Below are positions 37,336-47,150 of a DNA stretch of 64,000 bases, piece after piece (within the stretch, counting starts at the first letter, position 1; each line of letters starts with the position of its first letter). Both the position numbers and the translations under genes were made by a program. The notes under the pieces are model-generated. The model was not told the DNA's origin and made no database searches. It saw only the letters and a program-made list of their open reading frames with translations. This DNA comes from Spirochaetota bacterium. GTDB lineage: Bacteria > Spirochaetota > Spirochaetia > Treponematales > Treponemataceae. Location: contig JAKQSN010000034.1 of the NCBI GenBank assembly GCA_029569885.1, positions 1,137-65,136 on the forward strand, given 5' to 3'.

Positions 37336-39918
37336 TTACTCCAGAAGCGGATTAAAGGCCGGCTCCTGCAGTTCCGACTTGCCTTCTTCAATTATATCAC
37401 GCTGTGTCTGCATATCACTTGTTTCTGTTTCCGATTCGCTGTGTACACCGGTGGGTACCGGGTCTGTGAAAATATCCGGATCGAGCATCAGACCTGTTGT
37501 ATCGACTATGATCGGTTTTTGTCCGACAGAAAGGCTTTCGGTCTGCAGCCGGTCGATTGCAAGGCGTTTGAGACTTTCAACATTTTCGTGATATTCGCAG
37601 TAGCTGTGCGGCTGCGTTCCCTCAAGATAGTATAAGGTTTTTGTTCCGTCGGTGCATGACGAGGTCGGTAGCAGGCCCGATTTTGCGCATATTGTGGCAC
37701 TGACAAGCCCGGTCTGGGGTTTGACAAAATCCCGGTACGGCAGCCCTTCATGTATGCTGTTCATAAAATCTCCCCAGGCGGGGCCAGCGAGCGTCGCACC
37801 GGTATTGTCCAGTCCGAGCGAATAGCCGCGGCTGTCAAAACCGAACCATATCGCAGTCGTGTAATATGGCGTGTATCCGACAGTCCATGCGTCGGCCCAG
37901 TTTTGCGTAGTTCCGGTTTTCCCTGCTGCGGGCATGACAAATCGTTTTCCGGTGGCATCTCTGAAGGTAAACTTCCGTTCATATCCAGATCCCCAGCCCA
38001 AAGTGCCCTGCTTGATGGTGTTTTTAAGCAAATCTGTCATGATAAAGGCGTTTTGCGGACTGATGACCTGGATGGCCGCTCCGCTCCGTTTTTGTTCAAG
38101 TCGAAGGTCTTTTTCCCGGTCAATGATTGTTTTGCCGTTTCTGTCTTCCACTGAACGGATGGCAATGGGGGTGACTTCCTTGCCCTGGTTTGCAAAAGTT
38201 GCGAACGCCTTTGCCATTTGAATCGGCGCGACGCTGATAACACCGAGCCCGAGCGAATGGACGCGGGGAAATACTTTTTCGATCTGAGCCTTGTTTTTGA
38301 TTCCGAGCAGAGCGGCCGAGCGCTGTATTGCAGCGTCGAAACCGATACTGTCCAGAATACGGATTGACGGAACGTTCATAGAGTTTGCGAGCGCTTCCCA
38401 CAGGAGAACGGTTCCTTTCCATTCGCCCCTGAAATTGAGGGGGGTATAGGGAATATTGTCCTCGTTGTAGAATACGACCGGGGTGTCGCTTATCTGCGAA
38501 CCTGCCGTGAATTTTCGCGAGTCGATTGCCGCTGAATAAAACAGGGGCTTGAAGGTGCTTCCGGGCTGGACGTAGGCCTGGGTTGCCCGGATAAGCTGGT
38601 TTGATTCGTCGAACTTGCTGCCCCCGACAAGGGCTGTAATGTAGCCGGTGTCGTTGTCGATTGCGACTAGCGTTCCTTCTATCGTTGTTTTTGCGGCAAC
38701 CGACTGCACCTTTGCGTTCGCCTTGTTGCTTTCGATTTTAAGTCTGTCCAGACCGGTTATGAGACTGAGCATATCCACGACGGGGTTTATCTTGTTACGG
38801 TACAGTGAAACCGATTTAACATTGAGACGTTCCGCGGAAACGGCGAGCGGCGGGATATTGAATGTCAGGGCGAGCAGTTCGGTGATGCGTGCATATTCGT
38901 CTCCTTCCGCAAAGCGGGCTGAACTGGAGCGCTTGAAACGGTTGTTGGCGGTTGTGAGGTATTCCTGCATTACCTTTTCAGCCGCTTCCTGATGCCTCAG
39001 ATTGAGCGTCGTGTGCACCGTATATCCGTCGGAATAGATGTCCATGGTACCGTACATCATGCTGGTAAGTTCGCGAAGGACATATTCCGAGAACCAGCGG
39101 GCCTTGTCTTCGCGGGTGAGCCATACGGAAGTAGCCGTTCGGGAATAGTCGAAATTTGCCCAGTAATTGCTGAAAGATTCCTCTGCTTCTGTTTTTTCCA
39201 GATACCCGAGTTTTACCATCTCGTCCAGAACATATTTTTGCCGATCCATGGCCCGGTTCGGGTGCTCGAAAGGATTGTAGAATGCAGGATTGGAAAGCTG
39301 GATAACGAGCATGCACGCTTCTGCCGGTGTTATTTCGCTTGCGGGATGTCCAAAATAGAATTTTGAGGCGGCGTTTACGCCGTATGTTCCGCAGCCAAAA
39401 TACATTTTATTCAGATAGAGTTCAAGAATTTCGTCTTTCGAGTAGCGCCGCTCCAGCTGGAGGGCCCACCATAATTCCTTGAGCTTTCGCGTGATGGAAA
39501 TATCGCTGCGGTCAAGATAGAGCGTGCCGGCTACCTGCTGTGTAATGGTGCTTCCGCCTCCCAGCGATCGCCCGGTCAGCTTTCCGAACACTGCCCGACC
39601 GATGGCCTTGATGGTGAATCCCCCGTGCTTGTAGAAAACCTGGTCTTCACGCGTAAGCAGCGCTGCAACCATGTGCCGGGGGAGCTTGTCGAGGCTTATC
39701 ATTTCCCGCTTTTCTGTCGACGCAAACTCTGTAATTAGTTCGCCATTGACATCGAGAATGCGGGTTGGAAGAGCGGGATTGAATTCGCTGAAATTCTCCA
39801 TATTCTTGAGGTTAATCGTTGCAGCAAGGGCTGTACCCAGAGCTGCTCCTGCAAGAACCGAAAACAACAGAATGGCAATCATCGTGATGGAAAAAGCGCG
39901 TCTTTCTTTGGAAAACAT
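37336..39918 (-). CDS. penicillin-binding protein 1A (class A PBP)
   Basis: Transglycosylase motifs REDQVFYKH, GGSTITQQ, RKLKE; transpeptidase STFK, SMN, KTG. Confidence 0.94.
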   Translation of the reverse strand: MFSKERRAFSITMIAILLFSVLAGAALGTALAATINLKNMENFSEFNPALPTRILDVNGELITEFASTEKREMISLDKLPRHMVAALLTREDQVFYKHGGFTIKAIGRAVFGKLTGRSLGGGSTITQQVAGTLYLDRSDISITRKLKELWWALQLERRYSKDEILELYLNKMYFGCGTYGVNAASKFYFGHPASEITPAEACMLVIQLSNPAFYNPFEHPNRAMDRQKYVLDEMVKLGYLEKTEAEESFSNYWANFDYSRTATSVWLTREDKARWFSEYVLRELTSMMYGTMDIYSDGYTVHTTLNLRHQEAAEKVMQEYLTTANNRFKRSSSARFAEGDEYARITELLALTFNIPPLAVSAERLNVKSVSLYRNKINPVVDMLSLITGLDRLKIESNKANAKVQSVAAKTTIEGTLVAIDNDTGYITALVGGSKFDESNQLIRATQAYVQPGSTFKPLFYSAAIDSRKFTAGSQISDTPVVFYNEDNIPYTPLNFRGEWKGTVLLWEALANSMNVPSIRILDSIGFDAAIQRSAALLGIKNKAQIEKVFPRVHSLGLGVISVAPIQMAKAFATFANQGKEVTPIAIRSVEDRNGKTIIDREKDLRLEQKRSGAAIQVISPQNAFIMTDLLKNTIKQGTLGWGSGYERKFTFRDATGKRFVMPAAGKTGTTQNWADAWTVGYTPYYTTAIWFGFDSRGYSLGLDNTGATLAGPAWGDFMNSIHEGLPYRDFVKPQTGLVSATICAKSGLLPTSSCTDGTKTLYYLEGTQPHSYCEYHENVESLKRLAIDRLQTESLSVGQKPIIVDTTGLMLDPDIFTDPVPTGVHSESETETSDMQTQRDIIEEGKSELQEPAFNPLLE

Positions 39919-40057
39919 ACTAGTAATAAAACCATAAACCGGCTGTTGTTACAAGCAAGATAGATGTGTATGTCGGGCTTGGCGGAGAAATCACGTATGC
40001 ACCGGCAGGTCGGGTGTGACAATATGAAGGTGTGCGGTCGCTACATCTGTTCAGGAC

Positions 40058-40145
40058 AAAAAAAAAGAGCCGGTATATTTCAACCGGCCCGCCCATCAGG
40101 CTATCGGACAGCCAGTGGGTGGGAGGGGAACCAGCTGCCCGATAC
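40058..40145 (-). ncRNA. candidate small RNA with an anti-SD loop
   Basis: 14-bp stem (with GU pairs) closing loop UUCCCCUCCCACCCA, followed by a GCCGGU hairpin and a U9 tract. Confidence 0.6.
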
Positions 40146-40149
40146 TTCA

Positions 40150-40176
40150 ATATCGGTTTGTAGCGCATTTTCTTGA
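40150..40176 (-). promoter_or_regulatory. sigma28 (FliA)-type promoter
   Basis: TCAA-N15-ACCGATAT versus consensus TAAA-N15-GCCGATAA. Confidence 0.65.
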
Positions 40177-40182
40177 GAAAAT

Positions 40183-41166
40183 TTATCGGGATTCGGTTAC
40201 TTTTATGTCGACAATCATGGAAACCGTATAATCATGCCCTTTTTCGGCCAGAACCGATCGAGTCAGCTCGTAGTCCCCAATTCTGAACAGTACCAGGTGC
40301 TCGCCCGGAGACAACTGCAACGGTATGGTTCTGTTTTCTATCTGTACGTCGTCGACAAAAATTTCTGCCGTATCCGGGGCTGCGAGAAACAGCAACGGTG
40401 TCGTATCCTTGAGCGCGACTTCCAGTTCAGTGACTCGTGCCTGCTCGACAGTAAACATTCTCACTTCGCTGCGGTACTGTTCGGATACTACAGAAAGCTG
40501 GTGCGTTCCCGGCGGGAGGATTACCATATCTTCGGCGATATTGTAGATGGTTTCGTCAACTCTGATACTGACCGGGGATTGTTCTTCTCCGGGATACACC
40601 AGTTTCAGGGTAAAACCGCCTTCGTCTGCCAACAAGGGTTTGATGCGGGTATGAAATATCAGGTTCTCGATATTTTCGGGAAGACCTTTCATAACCGGCA
40701 GGAGCCGCAAAACCAAAGGTCCGCTGGAAGGGTTTACAACAGCCGAAAGCACTGTCGAGTAGGGACTGGTTTTTAGCCTGTGGTTTTTCTGGAGCGGAAT
40801 CTGGATTACGGTGGCAATTCGCGACGGCAGGGTTTGCAGCGCGAGCTGATCGGCACGGTAATCGATTTTTCCGGGGGCCGGGGCAGGCGCAGGTTGTGTG
40901 TACAGTCCGTAGGCCATAGAACCGGAATATTCGAGGATTTCCTTCGGCATCCGGATTTCGATTTCCACACCGCGCAGAAAACGGGTGTCCAAGGGAAATA
41001 CAATGCCTACTGCGTCATTGTAACCCAGTTCGACAGAAGCCGGAGCAGGATTTGCAATGTCAAGGGAGACGACTGTCATTGACCGTACCCGGAACGAATC
41101 GGCTGAAGAATGGCTGGCGAGTGCAACGAGCAACATTCCGGTCAAAAAGACACGAGAAAAGTGCAT
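40183..41166 (-). CDS. secreted hypothetical protein with PEGA-like C-terminal regions
   Basis: Signal peptide; beta-rich segments LPPGTHQLSV and LSPGEHLVLF. Confidence 0.7.
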   Translation of the reverse strand: MHFSRVFLTGMLLVALASHSSADSFRVRSMTVVSLDIANPAPASVELGYNDAVGIVFPLDTRFLRGVEIEIRMPKEILEYSGSMAYGLYTQPAPAPAPGKIDYRADQLALQTLPSRIATVIQIPLQKNHRLKTSPYSTVLSAVVNPSSGPLVLRLLPVMKGLPENIENLIFHTRIKPLLADEGGFTLKLVYPGEEQSPVSIRVDETIYNIAEDMVILPPGTHQLSVVSEQYRSEVRMFTVEQARVTELEVALKDTTPLLFLAAPDTAEIFVDDVQIENRTIPLQLSPGEHLVLFRIGDYELTRSVLAEKGHDYTVSMIVDIKVTESR

Positions 41167-41170
41167 AGTA

Positions 41171-42106
41171 TCAATTCCCTTTTATAAACCCGGTCGGATT
41201 TTTCGGAACCCCATTCTCGTGAATTTCAAAATGGAGATGGGGCCCGGTCGATTGTCCTGTCGACCCGACTGTACCTAGAATAGTACCGGATTTGACCGAT
41301 TGCCGCAACTCGATTTTTATAGAAGACAGGTGTCCGTAGAGGCTTTCCCTGTTTCCCGAGTGCAGTAGTATCACGTAATTTCCGTACACAGGATCGTATC
41401 CTGTATCCTTTACAGTACCTGGCGCGCAGGCACGGACCGGCGTTCCTGCCGGGGCTGCCAGATCGATACCCTTATGGAACACCAGGTTGCCGGTTACGGG
41501 GTTTTTTCGCATACCGAACGTGGATGTTACCATGCTTCCCGCGAGCGGAAAAATGAATGAGGGAGATAAGAAAAAGGCTCTGACCGTTCCGTTGAAAAGG
41601 AGATCGGGAATACAATGTACCGCACGTTTGCCTCCGTCAGGCATATAGAGAGTGAACGAAATAATTGAATCGTCTGCAGGATCGAACGAGGATAAAAGCA
41701 GGGTTTCGAGCGGGCTTGAAGAAATGTCCGGCAGATACAGTCCGGGGAGCGTGGGCAAAACCAGCATTTTCCCGGCAATCGGCTCGTTCATTGATGCAAT
41801 GCGGTTCAAACTCGCGATTGCATCGTAGGGGATACTGCAGCGGGCTGCGATTCCCAGAAGCGAATCCTTAGAGCTTGCGCGATATGCATATAACGATAGT
41901 GGGAGCGCATCCCCCGTTTTTCCGGATGCGAGCTCTTCTCGTGCAGCGGATACATCGTCGCTGTATTGCGCGAACACTGGGTTCGTTGCTGACAGAACCG
42001 GTATTTCCGGGTAGGGCAGGGCAGCAGTGTCAGCGGTTGCTAATCGCCCCGTGATCAGGAGCGCCAGAACAGGCAGCAACCGGCTGTAAAAACAACGTGC
42101 GTGCAT
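41171..42106 (-). CDS. LysM / M23 family peptidase
   Basis: LysM-like DSLLGIAAR...IASLN; HKGID and GPHLHFE zinc motifs. Confidence 0.88.
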   Translation of the reverse strand: MHARCFYSRLLPVLALLITGRLATADTAALPYPEIPVLSATNPVFAQYSDDVSAAREELASGKTGDALPLSLYAYRASSKDSLLGIAARCSIPYDAIASLNRIASMNEPIAGKMLVLPTLPGLYLPDISSSPLETLLLSSFDPADDSIISFTLYMPDGGKRAVHCIPDLLFNGTVRAFFLSPSFIFPLAGSMVTSTFGMRKNPVTGNLVFHKGIDLAAPAGTPVRACAPGTVKDTGYDPVYGNYVILLHSGNRESLYGHLSSIKIELRQSVKSGTILGTVGSTGQSTGPHLHFEIHENGVPKNPTGFIKGN

Positions 42107-42114
42107 CCGCCGTA

Positions 42115-42522
42115 TCAGTGCTTTGTTCTGGTATCGTTCTGCACGCCGAACGCGAGATACCCGTATCCGATAAACGTCAGTACGAGAATTCCAGCTGCAG
42201 CAAGTCGTTGATACTGCAGGACAAGCAAAGCAGAAACTGCAATCCCTGTCAGAATAACCGTCTTTCGTACAATCGACAGGATAAATCGGCGCGGATCGCG
42301 GAGGTAGGATTGCCTGATTCGGGATGCAGTGAGCATAATGACAAGCAGCGAACACAGTATCGCACACACTGCGGTATATGCGCCCGGGTTAGCATCCGCC
42401 AGTTTCCAGAGCGGAAATACAATGATGCATGCTGCCGCAAGACACACAAGCAAAAGAAGCGCCAGCCTGAGTACCGAGGCTCCAATAGCAGCATAGCCTT
42501 TCAGAATCTTTTTCAGAATCAC
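42115..42522 (-). CDS. hypothetical membrane protein
   Basis: About four TM helices; GTG start after AGGAGG. Confidence 0.7.
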   Translation of the reverse strand: MILKKILKGYAAIGASVLRLALLLLVCLAAACIIVFPLWKLADANPGAYTAVCAILCSLLVIMLTASRIRQSYLRDPRRFILSIVRKTVILTGIAVSALLVLQYQRLAAAGILVLTFIGYGYLAFGVQNDTRTKH

Positions 42523-42794
42523 CGGTCTGATCCTCCTGTCGGTAGATACCAAAAGCCGATTTCAAAAGTCGGTTGGTTTTTCTCCATGTACATCTAAGGT
42601 TGCGCTTTCAAACCTTTCCGAGTTTTGACAACGTCTCACCATACAACGGAACTGTTCTGCGCCGCCAGAGGGCAGACAGCCGGCGGATAAAAAAGGCGTA
42701 TCCGGACCGGACTCCGGTCGACGGATACGCCTGTACACCCCGAAAAAACCGGGATTGCTGATGTTCGTCAGCCGGCATGCAACCGGCCGGAAAA

Positions 42795-42965
42795 TCACTC
42801 TTCGGAAATTGCCTCGACAGGGCACACTCCAGCGCAGGCGCCGCAGCTTACACAGGTATCAGCATCAATAACTCTCTTGTCGTCTTTCTCGCTGATCGCA
42901 CTGGTCGGGCATTCGCTTTCGCAGGCTGCACAATTGATGCAGGCATCGGAAATTTTGTAGGCCAT
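42795..42965 (-). CDS. 2[4Fe-4S] ferredoxin (56 aa; not in the ORF track)
   Basis: MAYKISDACINCAACESECPTSAISEKDDKRVIDADTCVSCGACAGVCPVEAISEE; two CxxCxxCxxxCP motifs; RBS AAGGAG. Confidence 0.95.
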   Translation of the reverse strand: MAYKISDACINCAACESECPTSAISEKDDKRVIDADTCVSCGACAGVCPVEAISEE

Positions 42966-43113
42966 GAATTATCTCCTTGACGGTTGATGGATAAATAAAT
43001 ACCGTATTCTTCCGGAAAATACAAGATACCGGGCAGCCTGCACCTTCTGTTTTACACAGCTTCCAGTTGTCAATCAGGCTTATCTGGTATTTAATGGATA
43101 CGAGGGGATACCA

Positions 43114-44868
43114 GTGCGCGAAGGCGAACAGCTTATAAAGAAGAATTTGGATTTTATCAACATCCTGCCCTCTTGGGCTCAGGAACTGTCGGTCAAGTAT
43201 TGTTCCAAAACGGCAAATCTGTACTTTATTCATGGGAATATCAGGGATTTTCTTCCTCATAAAATGAACGAGGGCGAATTCATGTTCGTCAAGATACAGG
43301 ACTACATCTCCGAAGTCCTGTTCGGAAACCGCGACATCATCGTGTTTTACGACAAATCGAGCGGCGTCTCGTTCTGTATGTCCCAAATGGAAAAAGACTA
43401 CCTGAAAACGATGACCGCCCGGTATCCGAACGTTCCGCACGAGGATTTTCTTTCCAAGGATCCCGTCAAGGCCTTCGATTATCTGGAGCGCTACTTCGTC
43501 ATGAATATTCCCAACGATGTCCGCATCGTGCTGATCATCGATTATGCCGAAACCATCATTCCCGCCGATGAAATCGGCCACCTTGACGAAGTCGACCGCT
43601 ACTGCCTGGTTACGCTCAACCGGTGGTCGCACGAACCCCAATTTACCCGGGGCGACATTTCCGTCATCATGATGACAGAAAACCTGACCGACATAAACCC
43701 GCGCCTTTCCGCGTCTCCGTCAACGGTAAAAGTATGCATCCCGTTCCCCAGCCATACGGTTCGAACCCAATTTCTTGAATTTCTTGCGAGCCGGGACATG
43801 CTCATCCTGGAGCGGGGCCTCAACGCAGAACGCATCGGCGCGCTTACCTCGGGCCTCAACCTTCTGAACTTGAATCAGCTCGTGGCCGAATCCTACCAGG
43901 AAGACCGCCCGATCAGCCTGGATTACCTTCGAAACAAAAAACGGGGCATCATCGAAAACGAAGCGGCGGGCTTGCTCGAATTCGTGGATACGGAACACGA
44001 TCTTTCGTATGTTGCGGGCCACGATTTTGTCAAAAAAAGATTCCAGAGCGCTGCACGCGCCCTCAAGCAAAACCGTACCGACGTGCTGCCGATGGGCTAC
44101 CTTATCGCAGGCCCCATCGGGACTGGTAAAACCTTTCTTGTTTCGGCCTTTGCGGGCGAAATCGGCATTCCGATGGTCAAGTTGCGCAATTTCCGTTCCA
44201 AATGGCAGGGCGCCACCGAATCGAACCTCGAAAAAGTCCTGAATATCCTGCGGGCCATGGCGCCGGTCGCCGTCATGATAGACGAAGCCGATGCCTTCCT
44301 TGGCGACCGCGAGAGCGACGGAGACTCGGGCACCTCGAATCGCGTATTCGCGCAGATCGCAAGCTTTATGGGCAATACCGAATACCGCGGAAAAATCATC
44401 TGGTTCCTGATCACCTGCCGCCCCGACCTGCTGCCGATCGACCTCAAACGGCAGGGCAGGGCCGAGGAGCACCTTGCGCTCTTTTATCCGGAAACCCTCG
44501 ACGAAAAAGTTGAACTCTTCAAAACACTGCAAAGAAAACTGGATATAAAGGTAAAAGATTTTCCCCTATCCGAAATTTTCAGGAATTTTAAATTCGAGGT
44601 GTCGGGGGCCGATATCGAAGCGATTCTTGTTCGAGCCAAGATGACGGCAACCATGGATAACCGCGCGATTGTTACCCGCGAAGATATGGAAGAAACTGTG
44701 CGCGACTTTATCCCGCCGGCGTATCCGTACGAAATCGAACTGCAGAACCTCGTTGCCATACTTGAATGTACCAGCCGTGAAATGGTTCCGGCGAAGTATC
44801 AGAGAATGGAGCGGTCAAAACTGGCTGCCGAAATCCGGGAGCTCAAGCAGTTGCTCGGAGAAAAATAA
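43114..44868 (+). CDS. AAA+ ATPase with a degenerate N-terminal AAA-like domain
   Basis: Walker A GPIGTGKT, Walker B VMIDEAD, SRH LKRQGR. Confidence 0.9.
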   Translation: MREGEQLIKKNLDFINILPSWAQELSVKYCSKTANLYFIHGNIRDFLPHKMNEGEFMFVKIQDYISEVLFGNRDIIVFYDKSSGVSFCMSQMEKDYLKTMTARYPNVPHEDFLSKDPVKAFDYLERYFVMNIPNDVRIVLIIDYAETIIPADEIGHLDEVDRYCLVTLNRWSHEPQFTRGDISVIMMTENLTDINPRLSASPSTVKVCIPFPSHTVRTQFLEFLASRDMLILERGLNAERIGALTSGLNLLNLNQLVAESYQEDRPISLDYLRNKKRGIIENEAAGLLEFVDTEHDLSYVAGHDFVKKRFQSAARALKQNRTDVLPMGYLIAGPIGTGKTFLVSAFAGEIGIPMVKLRNFRSKWQGATESNLEKVLNILRAMAPVAVMIDEADAFLGDRESDGDSGTSNRVFAQIASFMGNTEYRGKIIWFLITCRPDLLPIDLKRQGRAEEHLALFYPETLDEKVELFKTLQRKLDIKVKDFPLSEIFRNFKFEVSGADIEAILVRAKMTATMDNRAIVTREDMEETVRDFIPPAYPYEIELQNLVAILECTSREMVPAKYQRMERSKLAAEIRELKQLLGEK

Positions 44869-44988
44869 GGGTCGCCGAAATCGCGCACAAGGCAGCGAAA
44901 CCGCGCGAACCAAACGTGCGTGCACCTGCCCCCAACCCTGCGCGCGCGTATCCAAGCCTGCGCGTGCGAGCCAAACGTGCGCCCGCTG

Positions 44989-45984
44989 TTATGCGCCGTC
45001 GAAATCGCGCATTAGACGCTCGACCAGCATACCTGCAATATCGAGTCCAGTCGCTTTTTCGAGCGCTTCGAAACCCGGGCACGCATTGATCTCGCACACC
45101 GGAAATTCCTCCGTGCCAAAGAGAAAATCTACCGTTCCGTACCAGAGGCCTGCTTCCCGCGCGATCCTGAGGACCTCGGAAGAAAGCCGTTCAACCAGCG
45201 CTTCGCAGTTTTCAGGAATTCGCACTAATCCGCCCTCGCTCGCGTTGGACACGAATGAGTCGTCCTTCCCGCGCCGTTCGACGCACGCGACTATCTCGCC
45301 CCCGGCGAAAAAAAAACGGAGATCGCGTCCGGCCGATTCTGCCACAAATTCCTGGAATATGTACGGCTCGCTTCGAAGGAGCGGTGCGAGCGCTTCAAGG
45401 TCGGCAGGCCCTTTGACGAGCGCCACCCCACGGCCACGGCTCCCGAATCTCGGTTTGGCAACAAACGGATAGCCAAGCGGTGACTCACCAGCTGTACACA
45501 TCGCACCAACCAGCCCGCTCGCACCAACCCCGAGCGGCGACTCACCAGCTGCACACATCGCGCCAACCAGCCCGGCTACGCCCGCCCGCCCGCCCGCACC
45601 AACTACCGGCGCGAAGGTTCGGGGCGCCTGAATGCCGAGCTTATCCAGAAATCGTGCGCACTCGAGCTTGTCCAGCGCAAGGGCAACCGCCTTCGAACCG
45701 TTCACACACCGGAAGCCCGCTTCTTCGAGCCGCTGAATCGATCCGGGATCGACATTGCCTCTGACCAGGCACACCGCATCCGCGGGGGAAAAACCTCCCG
45801 CGGGAAAAAAATCATCCGCGGGGGAAAAACCTCCCGATACCAGGCGATCCACATCGCAGGGGAGCACAAACAAAATATGCACCCGTTGCCGGGCGCATGC
45901 TTCCACAATTCGGTGTGCGGGATAAAAAGAGCGGAGCCATTCGTAGTCGCCGGTCTTCAACCCATAGACGACTACCAGACGCAT
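44989..45984 (-). CDS. RimK/LysX family ATP-grasp ligase with internal duplications
   Basis: VAKPRFGSRGRGV, FQEFV, GRDLR, SNASEGG, VDFL, CEINACPGF. Confidence 0.85.
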   Translation of the reverse strand: MRLVVVYGLKTGDYEWLRSFYPAHRIVEACARQRVHILFVLPCDVDRLVSGGFSPADDFFPAGGFSPADAVCLVRGNVDPGSIQRLEEAGFRCVNGSKAVALALDKLECARFLDKLGIQAPRTFAPVVGAGGRAGVAGLVGAMCAAGESPLGVGASGLVGAMCTAGESPLGYPFVAKPRFGSRGRGVALVKGPADLEALAPLLRSEPYIFQEFVAESAGRDLRFFFAGGEIVACVERRGKDDSFVSNASEGGLVRIPENCEALVERLSSEVLRIAREAGLWYGTVDFLFGTEEFPVCEINACPGFEALEKATGLDIAGMLVERLMRDFDGA

Positions 45985-45985
45985 A

Positions 45986-46543
45986 TTACTCGTCCTTGGG
46001 CCAGGTAAGGGTCTTGGAGCACAGCTCGGCAATATTTTTTGCAGTTTTTGTCGCGTCAATTTGCGGTACACCTGCTTCGTGGTTCAGCGACTTAGCGAAA
46101 AACTTTTCCATAGAATCGAAGACGTCCGGCAAAGAATAGAACAGAAACGCAAAATTCATGCCTTCCGGGCGCAGAACCGTAAAAGCCGAAATCGCCTGCT
46201 GCGGCTCCTTGTTGTACATAATGCGCGTCTGATTTTTCGCCACAACAATATTCGCCTCGGTGAACCGCATCGGCACCAGATGTTCCTTCTCGCGGCAGTA
46301 CGGCTCGATCATCTTGTTCGGATACGTCGGGGGCTCGACAAGCACATACATCTTTTTCCCGTTCGTCTGGAACGTCAGACTGTCCCCGGAAGAATACAAA
46401 TCCTTAACCGCGGAATACGAAATGACTTCGTAAATGCTGTATGCAGAATCCTGCTTGAAGAAGGACGATACAATGTACCCCTCATCCATCGGGAGCTTTC
46501 CCTGCATGTACGCCTCAAACAAATCCATCGCTCTTACAGCCAT
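45986..46543 (-). CDS. hypothetical protein
   Basis: 185 aa, RBS AAGGAGG; stop lies 1 nt before the RimK-like start. Confidence 0.75.
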   Translation of the reverse strand: MAVRAMDLFEAYMQGKLPMDEGYIVSSFFKQDSAYSIYEVISYSAVKDLYSSGDSLTFQTNGKKMYVLVEPPTYPNKMIEPYCREKEHLVPMRFTEANIVVAKNQTRIMYNKEPQQAISAFTVLRPEGMNFAFLFYSLPDVFDSMEKFFAKSLNHEAGVPQIDATKTAKNIAELCSKTLTWPKDE

Positions 46544-46712
46544 CTGTTCCTCCTTGGTGTCTCTATTCCCAGTATATGGCACTTTAACCATCGACGCAAC
46601 CGCGGATTTTTTTTAACCGAGCCCACTCAAAATTGAAGCAGCCAATCCCAATCGGGGCGATACTCGGCCGGTCGGAGCTCCCTCCGGCGAACGAATCAAC
46701 TCGGGCGGGAAA

Positions 46713-47110
46713 CTAGTTCCCCTGATTCTGTATTCCGGGAGCCCCGGATGATTCCTTCCGGTATTCTCCGGGATATTCAGTCCACTTTTGGTTGTTCAGC
46801 GAGTAAACTTTCAACGTCCCGGCTTGAATCCTGAATTTCATCAGCGTGTTGTATTGATGCGCGGGGCGATCACGCAGAACAACTCTTGGTTCTCTCCATC
46901 GAAATAGGCGACGCTCCGGAACGAGTTTTCGGCTTCCACCTCGTATTCCTGATACCTGTTCCGGCTGATTTCAAAATACCGTGTTCCCTGATAGTCGTCG
47001 ACTGCGTTCTGAATGACGTATTTCCCGCAGATGTCGCTATCCGAACAGAACCCGGACGCGGCAGCGATCAGACTGAAGGCCAGGACGGCGATGTGTTTCC
47101 GTAAAGTCAT
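46713..47110 (-). pseudogene. probable frameshifted secreted protein
   Basis: Signal-peptide ORF stops at 46841, but a shifted frame continues HQYNTLMKFRIQAGTLKVYSLNNQKWTEYPGEYRK to TAG at 46713; total length is 1 nt short of a multiple of 3. Confidence 0.5.
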
Positions 47111-47150
47111 GGACACAGTATAGCGATTGCGTTCGGTTCCCGAAAGAGTG

